Positions 45,851 to 59,000 of a DNA stretch of 64,000 bases are shown in pieces. The notes below the pieces were generated by a model, which searched no databases, had not been told where the DNA came from, and worked only from the letters and a program-made list of their open reading frames with translations. Source of the DNA: Balanoglossus misakiensis (taxonomy: Eukaryota > Animalia > Hemichordata); contig CM082595.2 in the NCBI GenBank assembly GCA_040954595.2, positions 953,690-1,017,689 on the forward strand, read 5' to 3'. A program made the position numbers and the translations under genes. Numbering within the stretch: the stretch's first letter is position 1; each line of letters starts with the position of its first letter.

Positions 45851-48800
45851 CCAGTGAGATTAAAAAAAAGACAGTATCTATGGTTACTGAGACTCCCATA
45901 GTGACCATAATAATATTAAATTTCTGCTGTCAAATTCCAGACAATTATACAGTTGTTTTAATAGCCACCTTTGCACCACGAGAATTCCCAGTTCAGTCAA
46001 ATGATATGTCATAAATGCCCACTATAATAGATGCTTGTACACGATGATTCCAGCTGTTCCACATTATAAGAATTTTACTATAGTAGTAATAGTATGTTTT
46101 CTCTGTAATCTGTCACACTCACATGGCTTGGTCACTGGCTTCTCAAATGATCCTTCTGGTCATGCAGTCTGTACATACATGTACATATACTATCCAAAAT
46201 ACATTCTGTGTTTAAGTCTACAGTTAACCAATCAGCATTGTACATGCCTTTGCTGTTACTTTGCTGTATGGTCTTATTGTTAATCAAGGTGTCCCATATG
46301 TTTCTTTCAACGTTGAATTGTGTATACATGTACACTAATCTCACACTTGATCTAGCACCGACAAAGTACTTTTGATCTCAAAAACCTGACACTCGGCTTA
46401 ATCCAATCTGTAGCCAATGGAAATTTTCTCAGCCGGTTCAGTAAGCCATCAGTTGTGATCACAGTATGAATGACAATACATGTACAACAAAAACTCCAGC
46501 GAGTCACTTCCTGTTGCTAGGATACAGTGTAATCCTCCCTAGCAACGTTTAATTTTCCAATTTCTTTGTTGAATCCAGTAAGGCCAAAATCTGTACACCT
46601 ACACATTTATTGACATAAACACACAAAGATCTTGAAGTTGTCTGACCCCAGGAAGGGACGATTTGTTAGTTCTCTATGTAGAAAGTATTCACACATCAGT
46701 TAATGACTATGTGTGCAAAGATGAACTCAGTCAGGAACTTCTTGAAAGACCTGAACTCAGAGTTTTATTTCTGTATTCATTTACAGTACATTGGATCCTT
46801 CTCAGTGGCTCACTCCACCCCTTCAACCAGAGCAGAGTTCATCCGATTGCAGTTACAGCAACTCAGAGTAAGTAGAATGAATGATATCATGTACTAATGA
46901 TATCTAACATGACTACTGTTGGTGTTCAAGTTTACAAAATGACTTGTTATTCTGTGTTGCCATGTGGTTTGTTAGACTGAAATTTCACATTATATTTATG
47001 TTAATTTCAGGAGCCAGGAATTACCAAGCCAGTATTACTTGACATCAATTTGACAGGAGTCAAAATTTGTAATCCAGAACAAGAAACTGTAAGTTCCTGG
47101 CCTTCTTTCTTCGCCATGCTTGTTTTTCTCAAACATCCAAACTGAAAATGAACTTTATTTATTACAGAAAATGTTCAGCACTGAAATACTGAAGACTCTC
47201 ATTCAGTGATCAATGTAGGATCTAAAAAATAAAATATTTTACACAATATAATATTTACTGTATTTTATTTTCATTACTTTACTAGGATGTGTATATGGCA
47301 CACGCATTGAAACGTATCTCCTATTCGACTTGCGATCCTTTCTATAGACAATTTGCGTTTTTGGCGAGGACCCCCAGTGGACCAATAGGAGTGCAGTATT
47401 GTCATGTATTCCAGACTAGAAAAGAGAGTGAGGTAAGTATATGTGAAAAATTCTTAAAAAATAATCACTCACTGAAATATGTCCAACAACAGGTTGTCAC
47501 CAGAAATAATTAACTTTAAAGAAATAATATCAAAACATGATCAACTTGGATCTGGCCTGAACAGTGAACAAAAATATTGACATAAACATAGAAATGGGTG
47601 AATGTTAATTTGAATGTCAAAGCGTCATCTACAAAAACCGATTCAGCAGTTTCCTTATCTGTTCATGAATCCATACAATGTAAGATAAATAATGCAAATA
47701 GACCGCCATATTTAATGACGCATTTATCATCTTCTGATGTACTCCAGCCTAACTTTAGGTTAGATTCCCACTTACATAAACAAACATTTCAAAAAAGAAT
47801 TGAAGATCGGTTGTAATGCGAATTTGAAGAGATGAAGTATGGTACTCCTATCCTGCAATGCCGGGTTACGGACAATAGGGAAATGTCTCTGTATCTTAAA
47901 GAGACAGGTTGCCGGGCATAGGAGACTATATAAAAGTATGAATAGCTCAGAAAGCTTTTACCGATGTGAGTTTTTTGTCCATGAGACATCTGTGAATCCA
48001 GTTTGTTTATCTGCTGAAAGCAGCTAAATGATACCACTGGTCTCGTCATGCCCTAGTTATTTCGTCTCTGCGAATAGAAACACCTGTACTGTGTCGACAA
48101 CTTGATTGGCTTGGGTCAAAGTTCATCTATTTTTAGAAATGGGTGTTCGATGTACTGTATATGTATGTCATGTTGGAGAGAAGGTCAATGTCAAATGAAG
48201 TCAAATCTACAAATGTATATCATGTCAAAGTTGTTGTGTTACAACTGTGGTCCATCTTTATCAAGTGGCCGGGGTGGGGTGGGTGTTTTTGTTCTGTAAT
48301 ATTAGGTGAAAGGTCATGCTTTTCTTTATTTTATCATTCACCAGATCCAGATTATGTCACATGAGCATTTTTCTATAAATATAAGTTGCCAGTAAACTTT
48401 TAACCTTTCATGCAAAAAATAATGACCCGTTTTCATTTCTATCACATTATAAAATTTTTTGTAATAGTTAATTGATCCTTATCACTATCATTTGATAAAT
48501 CCCACTCTTTCCAGAATAGTTAAATAAAACCTGTGTTCTGTTGACGATTCTACTTTTTCAAATAAACTTTCCTCAATTCTGCACTGTATAGTAGAGAATA
48601 CACAGATAAACAACGGCCAACACCTTCATGAATTTTCACAGACAAATTCTGTTTGTTTGATTCCAGGCTGAAGAAATCAATGCCATACTCGGAAAAGCTT
48701 TCAAAGTCGCCTATGCCAGCTTGCGTACAAAGAAGAGATTTTCCGCCATGGTGGCTGACTCGAACAAGGATCATTTTGCTGATTTTGATCTGGTGGGTGA

Positions 48801-50991
48801 CATCAGCAGAGAGGCGGAGTTACAGAAACAGAAAGAACTGGCGAGGGAGAGACAGAAAATGGCCAATGAAAGCGACAGAGAATTAGTGGTTGGACAGGGA
48901 AGGGTGTGGGTAAGTGGTCTTCTAAAACAACCCTGTTTTATATGGAATGATTAAATGCTGCATGCAATTACTGTCTCTTGAATTAAGTTACAAAATCTTT
49001 ACACCACACTCGTGTATTCATTTAATGACAAAATTTTCATCCCCCTCATCCAGGCAAAGCAGATTGCTGGCAAAGCTAAACACAGGACACCTTACTTGGA
49101 AGATGTCGTGATCAGCGGTGACCGAACTAGTCCAGTAAATGGAGGAAAGTCAAGGCAACAAACAGAGGCTGTTACACCGACCACTCAAAGCCCATCTTAC
49201 ATAAAGCCAACCAATCAGGGCTCATCTTACACACAGGCATCAGCACCTCCTATTTCTCCAGGAGAAGAAAGACAAGAATGGGTAGGTTTCTGGAAAACAT
49301 CCTCATATATACTCTTTTACGTTGGTGTATGCTGATTTCAAAGTTGTCATAATATCACTTACTGCTAAACTAACAACTGTGCTCTCTGTTACTTCACTAA
49401 CATTTGTATCTTTCCTCTTTTTTCTGGTTGTAAGGTCACAAAACAAACAAAGCGTGCCAAAGCTCTTCCACCAGCTCCCTATTGTGACATTGAAATCTAC
49501 TCTGAATGGGGTCCTGAGGATTACGGTCTGCCAGCCAGTCCACTTGTGGTTGCTCCTGAGGCAATGCCCACTGGGATGAAAATTCTCCTCCAAGATGAAC
49601 AGCCACCACCAGCATTGAGGGGTCAAGGGGTGTTGCCAAGGCGACGGTCAAGGGGCAAAAACAATCAGATCCTCTTGCAGGATGAGAATCCCCCACCAAT
49701 GTATGTCCACAGAAAACCAAGCGGTGACAATTCTGAAAATAACATCAGTAAAAGAGAAACTCTCCCTGCTGATACATTTCTTCAGGATGTTCCGCTGAGG
49801 TCAGAAGCTAAAGTTGAAAGGTCAAAGACGCCTCCCCAGAGGGCTGATAAGGTCGAGGTCGATATTGATGAGATCAGAAGAACAATTACAAGATCCGGTG
49901 GTGGACCTTCCAAGACCAGTGATGTACCTCCCCTACCACCAAGGTATGTTTAAGCACAGTTTGTTCCAACTCCATTTAAAACAATGGAGTTGGAACAAAC
50001 CATGGTCATTAAAGGGTGAACACATACACATACACCACATAGATAATCTGAAAGAAACCAAAACCTCTTTGTCCAACTGTTGAAATGTGACATGCACCAC
50101 TACATGTTACAAAGTCTCTTTGTTGACTTCATTACATTTTCCAGATCATCATCATCTCACAGTATTGAAGAGGTAGATGGTGCAGTCGGAGGTTTCCTTG
50201 ACAACAGGGCAATTCACGAAGAACATCTTCTGAGAAATGCTCCTTGGTTTCAAGCTGGCATTCCGAGGTGAGTTATTGTGTTATTGATCTTGTAAGTTAT
50301 AGATTGGCCAATTCTGGCTTACAAGATCTGTCTGTCTGTGTGTCTTACTACAGCAAACATGCCTGAACTGATACAATCAAATATGGCCACCAGACACCCG
50401 TCTTTCACTTTTATTCTCAAGCAGTTGTCTTGATTCTATCTTTCCATTTGCAGAGAAATCGCCATGGAGATACTCCAGCAAGAGGATGTTGGCGCGTTTG
50501 TTGTGAGGGACAGTAAAAGTCACATCGGTTGTTATGCGTTATCACTCAGAGTGCCCAAAGAAATGAACGCCAGTGGAATTGCAAATTATTTGATAGAATT
50601 TACGCTTGGAAGTACATACATTTTGAAGGTAAGTGCAGTTCATTATTACTCATTACATGAATGTGTTTTGAAATGTCAGAATTTCACACCATAGAAAGCA
50701 ATGGGTTTAGACTGAACCATGGTGTAAAGAAACATTATATTTTTGTTAATTTTACAGGGTTCTGACAAAGACTTCCCGGACTTGACAACTCTAATCCATT
50801 ACTACTCACTCAACAAAGACCTGTTACCATGCCGACTGAACTTGGCACGAACCAATCCCATTTATTGTACCATCGAACCAGAAGGCAAGGACGACAGAGA
50901 AGATTCTGAGAACGAAGATGAAGATGATGATCCAGATTATCTCTACTTATCAGATTTCAGATCCATGATGGATGAAATTCAAACTATGTAG
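45309..50991 (+). CDS. SH2D5: SH2 domain-containing protein 5-like PTB+SH2 adaptor, 10 exons: 45309-45500, 46787-46867, 47011-47088, 47286-47432, 48667-48909, 49054-49281, 49435-49943, 50145-50267, 50454-50628, 50758-50991 (~669 aa)
   Basis: Phase-consistent GT-AG introns give a 2010-nt ORF. PTB motifs YIGSF, GVKIC, MAHALKRISYSTC, QFAFLAR, QYCHVF and ILGKAFKVAY resemble the SH2D5 PTB (MAHALRRI, QFAFMARNP). C-terminal SH2: PWFQAGIPREIAMEIL..GAFVVRDS...YALSLRV...LIHYYS. Confidence 0.87.
45804..45850. repeat. (GGAT)n/(GATT)n microsatellite
   Basis: Directly visible in SH2D5 intron 1. Confidence 0.9.
49959..50020. mobile_element. Short palindromic MITE-like element; related fragments at 21009-21050, 28971-29057, 50681-50730 and 51660-51709
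   Basis: Perfect 18-bp inverted repeat GTTTGTTCCAACTCCATT-6nt-AATGGAGTTGGAACAAAC, followed by CATGGTCATTAAAGGGTGAA. The reverse complement of the right half matches 21009-21050 (TTTACCCTTTCATCACCATGGTTTGCTCCAAATCCATT). Confidence 0.55.
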
Positions 50992-51591
50992 GAGACAAGT
51001 TGAAGTAGTATGTGCCTTGAGAGTCTGGGCACTTCAGTGAGAGTGAGTTGAAGCCTCATCAACTTAAAAGGGAAAGTAAACTTTTCCTGTTTTCAAATCA
51101 ACATTGAGCAATACATCAAAAATGAAACAGGGTATACAGACTTGGTGAAATTGTTTGAAAATAGTTAGAAGATTGTACTTTTTTACTCCAGTAGACTAAC
51201 AGAGAATACTGTCATTATTAAGCTTACACGCACATGTAGTGTTGGAATTTATTATAGTAGTTTGGAACTCCCTAACTGGGGAGACCAGAAATGTATGATA
51301 ATCATGTATTCAGTCAATCAGCAAAAATCATACAGGTTTATTTCTCAATAATATTTTAATGTATGATCTGATTTTGTTTGATCAGTGTAGACAACTCATG
51401 ATATATTGATACTTATATTGACTCTAAATAAAGAGAACTGTATTTATCTTAACTTATTGTGCCTTGAATATCTAAACTTCTGAAACAATCAGTGTAACCT
51501 TTTGGTGAAGGGTGCTTAACAATACCTGACTATTCAGTTCTTTTGAAAGTCTTGCATTTTATACTATCAGTAACCAGTTGCCTGGGTGTTG

Positions 51592-51602
51592 AATAAAATA
51601 AA
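51592..51602 (+). terminator. Polyadenylation signal(s) of the SH2D5-like gene
   Basis: Overlapping AATAAAATAAA followed by a GT/T-rich tract; a second AATAAA at 51427. Confidence 0.55.
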
Positions 51603-53464
51603 GCTTGTGTTCATACGATTTATTGTATTTTGCTTGTGTGAATTTTGATGTGTGTGGCATTTAAAGCCCATGGCCCCATATGGTAAGGTAAGTATGAGGA
51701 AAGAATTAACAAACAACAAATGCCTTGGCGCCCTCTTGTGTCAGAATGGAAAGCTACCAAGGAGTAAGTGCGCGCGATGATATCGATAGCCATGGTTACC
51801 TCAGTAACATAGTACGACAGGTGTTTCCTGCAGGTGTGTGTTGGTTCGTTTGCGCAGATAGCGAGATTGTTGCATCAGTAGCTTTTGGTGCGCCTTATAT
51901 TGTAGCGTTGATCTGATAAATCATTCGCGTGCCTACCAAATCGGCAAAACTAATATTTGTTTGAAGCGACAACAGAGATAAATGGTCGTAACTATTCCAC
52001 ACACTGCAGTGACAATCTGCGATAATTAACGAATCGCGTGCAAATTGGTCTGTTGTTAAACTGATCCATCAAAAGAAAATATTATTCATTTTGTGATAGG
52101 AGACAACTAGATAGACCTGAATCATCAGATTTGTTATGAGCGAAAATGGGTGATGATATTATAATAAATACTTTAGAAGCTCTTTCGTTTCCTTCTGTCT
52201 ATTGGCCCTAAAGACAATTCGCAAACTAAGCTTGCTAAAATGGATTTTGTCTCCATTTCCCCCGTTGTATTAGTGTTGGAGAGGAGACAAAAAAGACTTT
52301 TCAGCCCCAATTTCTAATCATCGGTCATGATCAATGTTATGCTTCGACTCTGGTCAGTGTTTGCTCACATCTCTTTCAAAGATTTCTGTGCGCTGTTTCG
52401 GTATCCCAAATGAGCTTTGATCTATTCAAATGTGAGTCGCGTGCCGGTAAATTAGTAGAATCAATATTTGAACTAAAAATGATAACCGCCAATTGTCCTT
52501 CTCCCCTTGAAAGCCCTGATAACTGGTTCACCTATTCAGTCTTGGAAGCTAACTGAACACCCACGCTGCGAAATTTCTGAGGGACTGGCCAGTTTCTTCT
52601 GCCTGGGGTTGGATTCATGGAGGAATTCACCCTGTTTTGGAATTGGGTGATGGGGGTATCCCCAGAGTCTATCGTAAGAACTTTAATATAAACGTCTACC
52701 TGGAGTTTCAAAGTCTCCAATCTTTGAGATCATTTGCTCTATCAAACATGGGCATACAAAACAGACACGCGCGTGTGTCAGGCGTCCATGAGTAACTCAC
52801 AAGATAAGATTACCTGAGATTGTAGGATGTGCGTTTCTCGAGAACTTGGATACGGGCGCGGCCACTGGTAGAACCAGGTACAATACGGTGCCACCCGATG
52901 AAACCAACAACACGTATCATGCACCATGTGATAACAGAATCAATTCAGCCTATCCTATCTCCTATAACCCACAAACAAGTCACTTATAGTTGTGCTACAA
53001 TTACCCATAGCAAATGTTACCATAGATGTAGTTTGTGTTAGGCTGATTTTTGGTAGAACAACCGAACTGAAAGATTTTGCAATGCTTATACACGCAAACA
53101 ACGACAGGCAGGCAAACAGCTATAGACAGACAGACAACTATGAGAGATTTGACACCTGTACTGTAATAAACTCGGGAATACGTAGTGCCAATGGCCACCA
53201 GGGCACGAAAAGTCCCTGGTCAAACAAAAAGTACGCAGAATTGATCCAGGCACGTTTATCGCAGTTATAATAATAAATGTAATCTAATCTTTAGCTTGGG
53301 TGTGAAAAAACAGCTATACATGGTATAGGCGGGTCTACACACATGTGCACGCATATTACAACACCACACGTGCCCAAACATGGGACTTTACCTGTGCTAT
53401 TGCATTTTGTCCGCTGAGATATTGCGCTGGTGCAGTGCACTATCCAGATGAAGTTTCGAGCAAT

Positions 53465-53931
53465 AAATGACAGAAAATTGTACTTACAGTAGAAAATGTG
53501 CGCAACGGGGCTGCAAGGCAGGAGAAAAGGCACCCTCGATTTTCGTCAAGCCACTTTCCATGACTGATGTATCTCGTAAATGAGGCCACAAAAATCTTGG
53601 CAAATCCAGTCCATATCGTCACAGTCATGACTTCCACTTTCACTTGGTTGTCGGAAATTCCTCTGAGTAATGACTAGGTCGTTGTGTCAGTCCTTTCAGC
53701 CATGATGTTTGTACGTCAAAGATTGAGTTTCGAATGACGGAAGTGACGTCTCACTGACCACCTGGCAAATGGACTGACTGACAATTATCCAATCAAAATG
53801 CGTCATTCCCCTGGTCCATTTTGTGAAGCTTTTACTTTGTTGATGTGATTAAGAAGTTGTTTAGCATATACTAAGATTGTCGTGCAATCGTTCATATATT
53901 GAACTGCACTTCGTGTCGTTCAATAACTGAA
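53465..53931. repeat. Dispersed ~450-bp element, copy 2 (related to 38272-38733)
   Basis: Same colinear blocks in the same orientation; richer in CpG than copy 1. Confidence 0.85.
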
Positions 53932-54577
53932 CGATTACACTCCACTAAGCCGCGCTGCACATTGCTGCAAAGAATTCGATGTTCACGTATGGCAGATAAA
54001 ATTTAATAACTGACCCCTGGGAGCTCCCCAGGGTCCATAATTCTTCAAGGACGTTTTTTACTGAGTTATCAAATCTTAAGACGATTTACAGAACTTAACG
54101 AGATATCCAGTCTAATTAAAATAAAATTAAGAAGTATGATAGGCTTAAAGAAGTCAACAACACGCAACAATAGAAATATGAACGACAGCTGGGTTTTGCT
54201 AAATATATTCTCATCAACCGGTGACGTTTGTCTTGGACAGAAAACTAAAGAACGTGATTACAAAAGAATTATGCGCAACAAAGTATTTAATATAAATTTT
54301 ATCATTTGATCCAGAAATCTACTGGCGAAGAAGCAAACAGCTGGAATAGGCGATGACGATGGTGAAGGAACGCCAACATTTGTGGGAAATCATGCATAGA
54401 CCAACCAAGAAGATATCGCGTACTAAAACTGGTCAATCGTGTATAAAAAATTCATTTATGATGCACTGTAAATTATGACAATTTTGATGATGGTTAACGT
54501 TAATATAAAATTCTGAAATAAATCCATCTGAGTTTCGAACTTTTCCATTTCCATCACGTGTCATCTTGCTTATTAAA

Positions 54578-54678
<101 letters not shown>

Positions 54679-55399
54679 CTTCTTAGTACAAAAGTTGCGT
54701 GCTACCAGACCACACTATACGAAACTCTACGAATACACGAATCACACGCGCCAACAGTATCGGTAGGTCACGCGACATTCTGCTTTTACAGTTTTCAAGC
54801 GTGCCCAATTGTTGAATGTCAAGAGAGTTTGACCCGGGACGGACAGCTGGAAGCGCTGGAGTGTCTTTGCATGACCTTTGACTCGCGTCATCTCAAATAC
54901 ACATGTCGAACAACAATTGGACGCAGATATTTCAAGGCATAACACACTTGAAAGTATCTGCTACTTATGTTGAAGATTTTCACACAAATTAATACCGAAT
55001 CTCCATTATCTCTGTCCACTGTCCAGGGTCAAAGTTTGTTACACCTTTCAAGTTTGAAAACCATGAACGACCAATCTCTTATTAGACAACTAATAATTTT
55101 AAAACAACAACAACTACAACAATACTTTCTTCGTTTTTTCTGGATCATTATTTATGTTTTCGGACCATGCTATGCCTCCCACGCCCGCCTTTTGATAAAG
55201 ATAAGCAATGCAAACTACATCACAGTACATGTACCAGTAGCGGGTCGTCCGTGTGCTCGTGTCATCGGTAAAACACAGACTCGTAGAACTATCCAATAAA
55301 AAATAACGTTACAAGAAAAGCTATCATCTTTCGGTAAAGAGCAGTATTCTAGCCTGAAGTGAGTGCGTTAACGTTTGGTGTGAAGATTGACAGCTTCAA

Positions 55400-55767
55400 T
55401 GACGTCACTGACATGGTTGTCAGTATCGTAGGTTGAGTGTGTACAGAGTTCGCAGAAGGGTAGGACTGTGGTATACGTTTGAACAGAATGAAGTGTGCTG
55501 AAAGTTGAAAAGAAACAGTTTCACTTTTAGAAACCGCTGCCTCAATTCCTTAAGCACTCCAACGGTAAAAGTACAAAAACGCTGAACGCTGTTCTACAAC
55601 TGTTTTCTCGATTAAATAATGCCGTCTGCAGACTCGCGTGTCAGTCTATTATTTTTTCAGGGACCTCAATGTATATCGCAGACCTCATATTGATAAGCCC
55701 TATAAACCCATCCAGTTTTCTTCTTTTAGCAAACAGAGACTTGCACGGTGAAGCAGATATGACGTCA
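55400..55767. promoter_or_regulatory. Two full CRE palindromes upstream of the GPCR
   Basis: TGACGTCA at 55400-55407 and 55760-55767, 300-670 nt upstream of the likely ATG. Confidence 0.35.
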
Positions 55768-56019
55768 CCATATTGACTTTGGCATTATGGGGAGGGGTGG
55801 AAGAAGTGGTAAATGTTGGACTGTTCCATTGTGCAAGCATAAACAGAGTTACACAGAAGGGACGCCGACCCCCTTAAAATAATCGACTAAGCTTTCACGA
55901 TTACATTTAAAAAACACCTGTTTCATTTTACATCGTCTTATTAGTTTAGTTGCCTGTATCAGTCGACATTGTTCAATTTTGCTTAAAACTTCTTCGGGAC
56001 AAATGAAGGAACTGCCAAC

Positions 56020-59000
56020 ATGAATCAAAAGCGAATTCGAAAGGAAACGCAATTTTCCGCACCAAAGATGGGAAAGTTTCTCATCTTTTTGGTCTTCAGC
56101 CTGAACATCTGTCTGGTCGCATCGACAGAGGAGCCAAAAAGCGGTCGTGTCACCGAGAACGACCAAGGCGATGATAGAGCGTCCTTCAGGACAGATTCGG
56201 CCAATTTCAACCAAGGAACTTCGGACAATTCCGGACATCAGTCAGCCTCCTCGAAGTCCAGCGCCGTTATTGAAGATTGCTGGCCGAATGTTTCGTGCAA
56301 AGGGCGTTGCGGATTCCGGCCTGAGCCATTAATGCGACTGGACAATGACCCAATGGACGGACAACCATCACAAGAGAACCTTAATTGCTTCTGCGATGAC
56401 AAGTGTCATACTTACCGCGATTGTTGCTACGACTACGATGACCAGTGTAGAAGGCGAGGACAAATTGACCAATTCTTGGTGGAAGAGCGTGACGGTGCAG
56501 ACGACAGCAAATCCTATCTTCTTCCCGGTGCTGTGCCCATCGAAGAAATATTTCCCAACGAAAATGTGCCGGATGATTCAGTATTCCAGTGTCTCACCAT
56601 TCTGGAATACAGCTTAAATCCGTTGTGGTTACGAAGCAAATGCAGCCCTGGTTGGCGGGACGATTTCATCGCTTACAAGTGCCTCAATCCCGACTTCACA
56701 TCGGACAGTCTATCAACCGTACCTGTCAGGGCAGCTGACGACAATACATACAGAAATGTATTCTGTGCTCAGTGCAACTACCAACGGGATGTGGAGTTTT
56801 GGCGAGCCAAGGCCGCTTGCACGGATCCCGCTCCGCCTCTGATCGAAAACGACCCTATCGCACTGTCAGAGTACATGAAGGCAAAATGTACAATTTTCTT
56901 CCTCGGGCCGACAGATAACGTGCCACAGATCTGCGTGCATGCAGTGTCCAAGTGCAGCGACGAATACTCGAACACTATTTGGGCTCGGCAATGCGAATCC
57001 GACTACAACGCCGTAGTTGTAGTTCCCGGCGACTACCTTCTGTCCGTCTACAAGAACACACCATGCGCCATATGCAACAATGTCAATCAATCTGACATCA
57101 TGTGTCCAGTCTGGACCGAGCGCTACACACCTGCCGGTCCTCTGAGGGAAATCGCGCCGGAAGGGAACTTTATTATAACTCATTCGGAAAACAAGAAAGT
57201 TTCCAAACCCGCTCCGAAAGCTTATGAGGACAATGTCACCTTGGGCTTAACAGCAGACGTGGACACTCGCATGGGATCGAACGCAGCTTCATATGCGGTT
57301 CTCATCAATTTGAATTTTGAAGGTGAGACTAGCGTGAGATATGATTCAGAGACTGGTTACTTGGTTCCTGACTATGCTGTGTGTAACACAGGCCAGGTGT
57401 ACGATCCATGGCTTGGCCAATGCAGAGACATATATTGCGCTGAGGGGTACCACCTGGAAGGCGTGGAATGTGTGGCCGATCCAACTGGTTCCACGTACAG
57501 TCGAACACGCCCTTATAACACATCTGTTGAGTTTGGCACACTCGGAATCTCCTTAAAGCTTGTATTCCAGTTGAATATTGACATCGAGTGTGTCCCGAAG
57601 CCTTCGGAGATCAAACGGGAGTTCGGGTCGTCTGTGATACAGTTCGTCAACATGACTTCACAGAAAGTCCATCCGAATGTGAATATTGGCGTCATTGACG
57701 GACAGCTGACAGATGTGGAAGATAACTTAAACGTCACGTACAATACCACGTCTGACACGAACTGTTCCATTACAGACTTTACTGCTCAAGGAACTATAAC
57801 GTTCACGGTCATCTTAACATTCACAGATGTCGATTGGCAAGTTAACGAGAACAATTTCATGCAAAGTGTTCAAAAAGTGACAATATTGATCATTAATGGG
57901 GGCACTATCACATTTGAATATAACGGGAACACACTGGAGGCGACGCTGGTCCATGTCAGTCACAATTCTACTGATTCCGACCCGATTGAGACGCTAGTGT
58001 TCTACAGTTGTCCGTATGGAACCCTGACGCATTACACTACACCGAATGTAACGTTATTCCCAGTGGGTGACACCTATGCTCTGTACGTCAACGCAACAGG
58101 TGCCGGCTATGACCCCGGGACGTTTTTAATCGTCTCGTACGAGGCGTCGGAAGGCAACCAAACCACGACCTATTCCATCACAGCCATCGTCTGCGAGCAA
58201 GAACCCTCTATAGCCGAGGAAAACTGTCCAAGAATTCGCTTAAATGCATCGGAGTTCGAAGTCTATCCCAACCAGTCAATCGAATATGGCGGACAGATTT
58301 ATGACAAAGATGAATATGAAGTGGTTGGTTACGGCGAAATAGAGATATGTATCAGCTACCCCGACTTATCCGAAACTCTGTCGCACTTATATGAATTTCC
58401 GCTGGCATATACCATCGTTACCGTAATTTTTACAGCCATTTCATTAATTTTCCTCGTCATAACGTTTCTCACCTACGCCTTATTTAAAGAATTGCGGACT
58501 GTTCCCGGACTTTCAATCATGAGTTTGGTCGTCTCGCTCTTTCTCGCTCAACTTTTGTTCCTCGTCGGCATCGACAAAACTGAAATTTATCCTGTCTGTG
58601 CAACAATCGCAATAGTTCTCCATTACCTTTTTCTGTCTAACTTCTTCTGGATGAACGTTCTTGCTTACGACGTCTTCAAGACATTCGCCGTGAAGAAACC
58701 TGTTTTAACTTTCAGATCAACCAAGGCGCAGTTCCTTCGCTTTTCGCTTTACGCTTGGGGTTCGCCAGTCTTGATCGTTGTTCCTTGCGTCGTCCTCAAC
58801 TTCTGCGGCTGCGTGGATTTTCTCTTTGGATACGGTGTGTTTATTTGCTGGATTGCAAATCCGTATGCTCTTCTTTTCGCTTTCATCGTCCCCGTCGCCA
58901 TCATTCTTCTAATCAACGCTGCCTTCTACACGTGCGCAGTGTATCACATGAGATCTACCAAGAAAGAAATCGAAGCGTCACAAGTTAATCGTCGCCGTGA

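Noticed and set aside
54012-54035. Near-palindrome GACCCCTGGGAGCTCCCCAGGGTC
   Set aside because: Short, imperfect and single-copy, with no supporting context.
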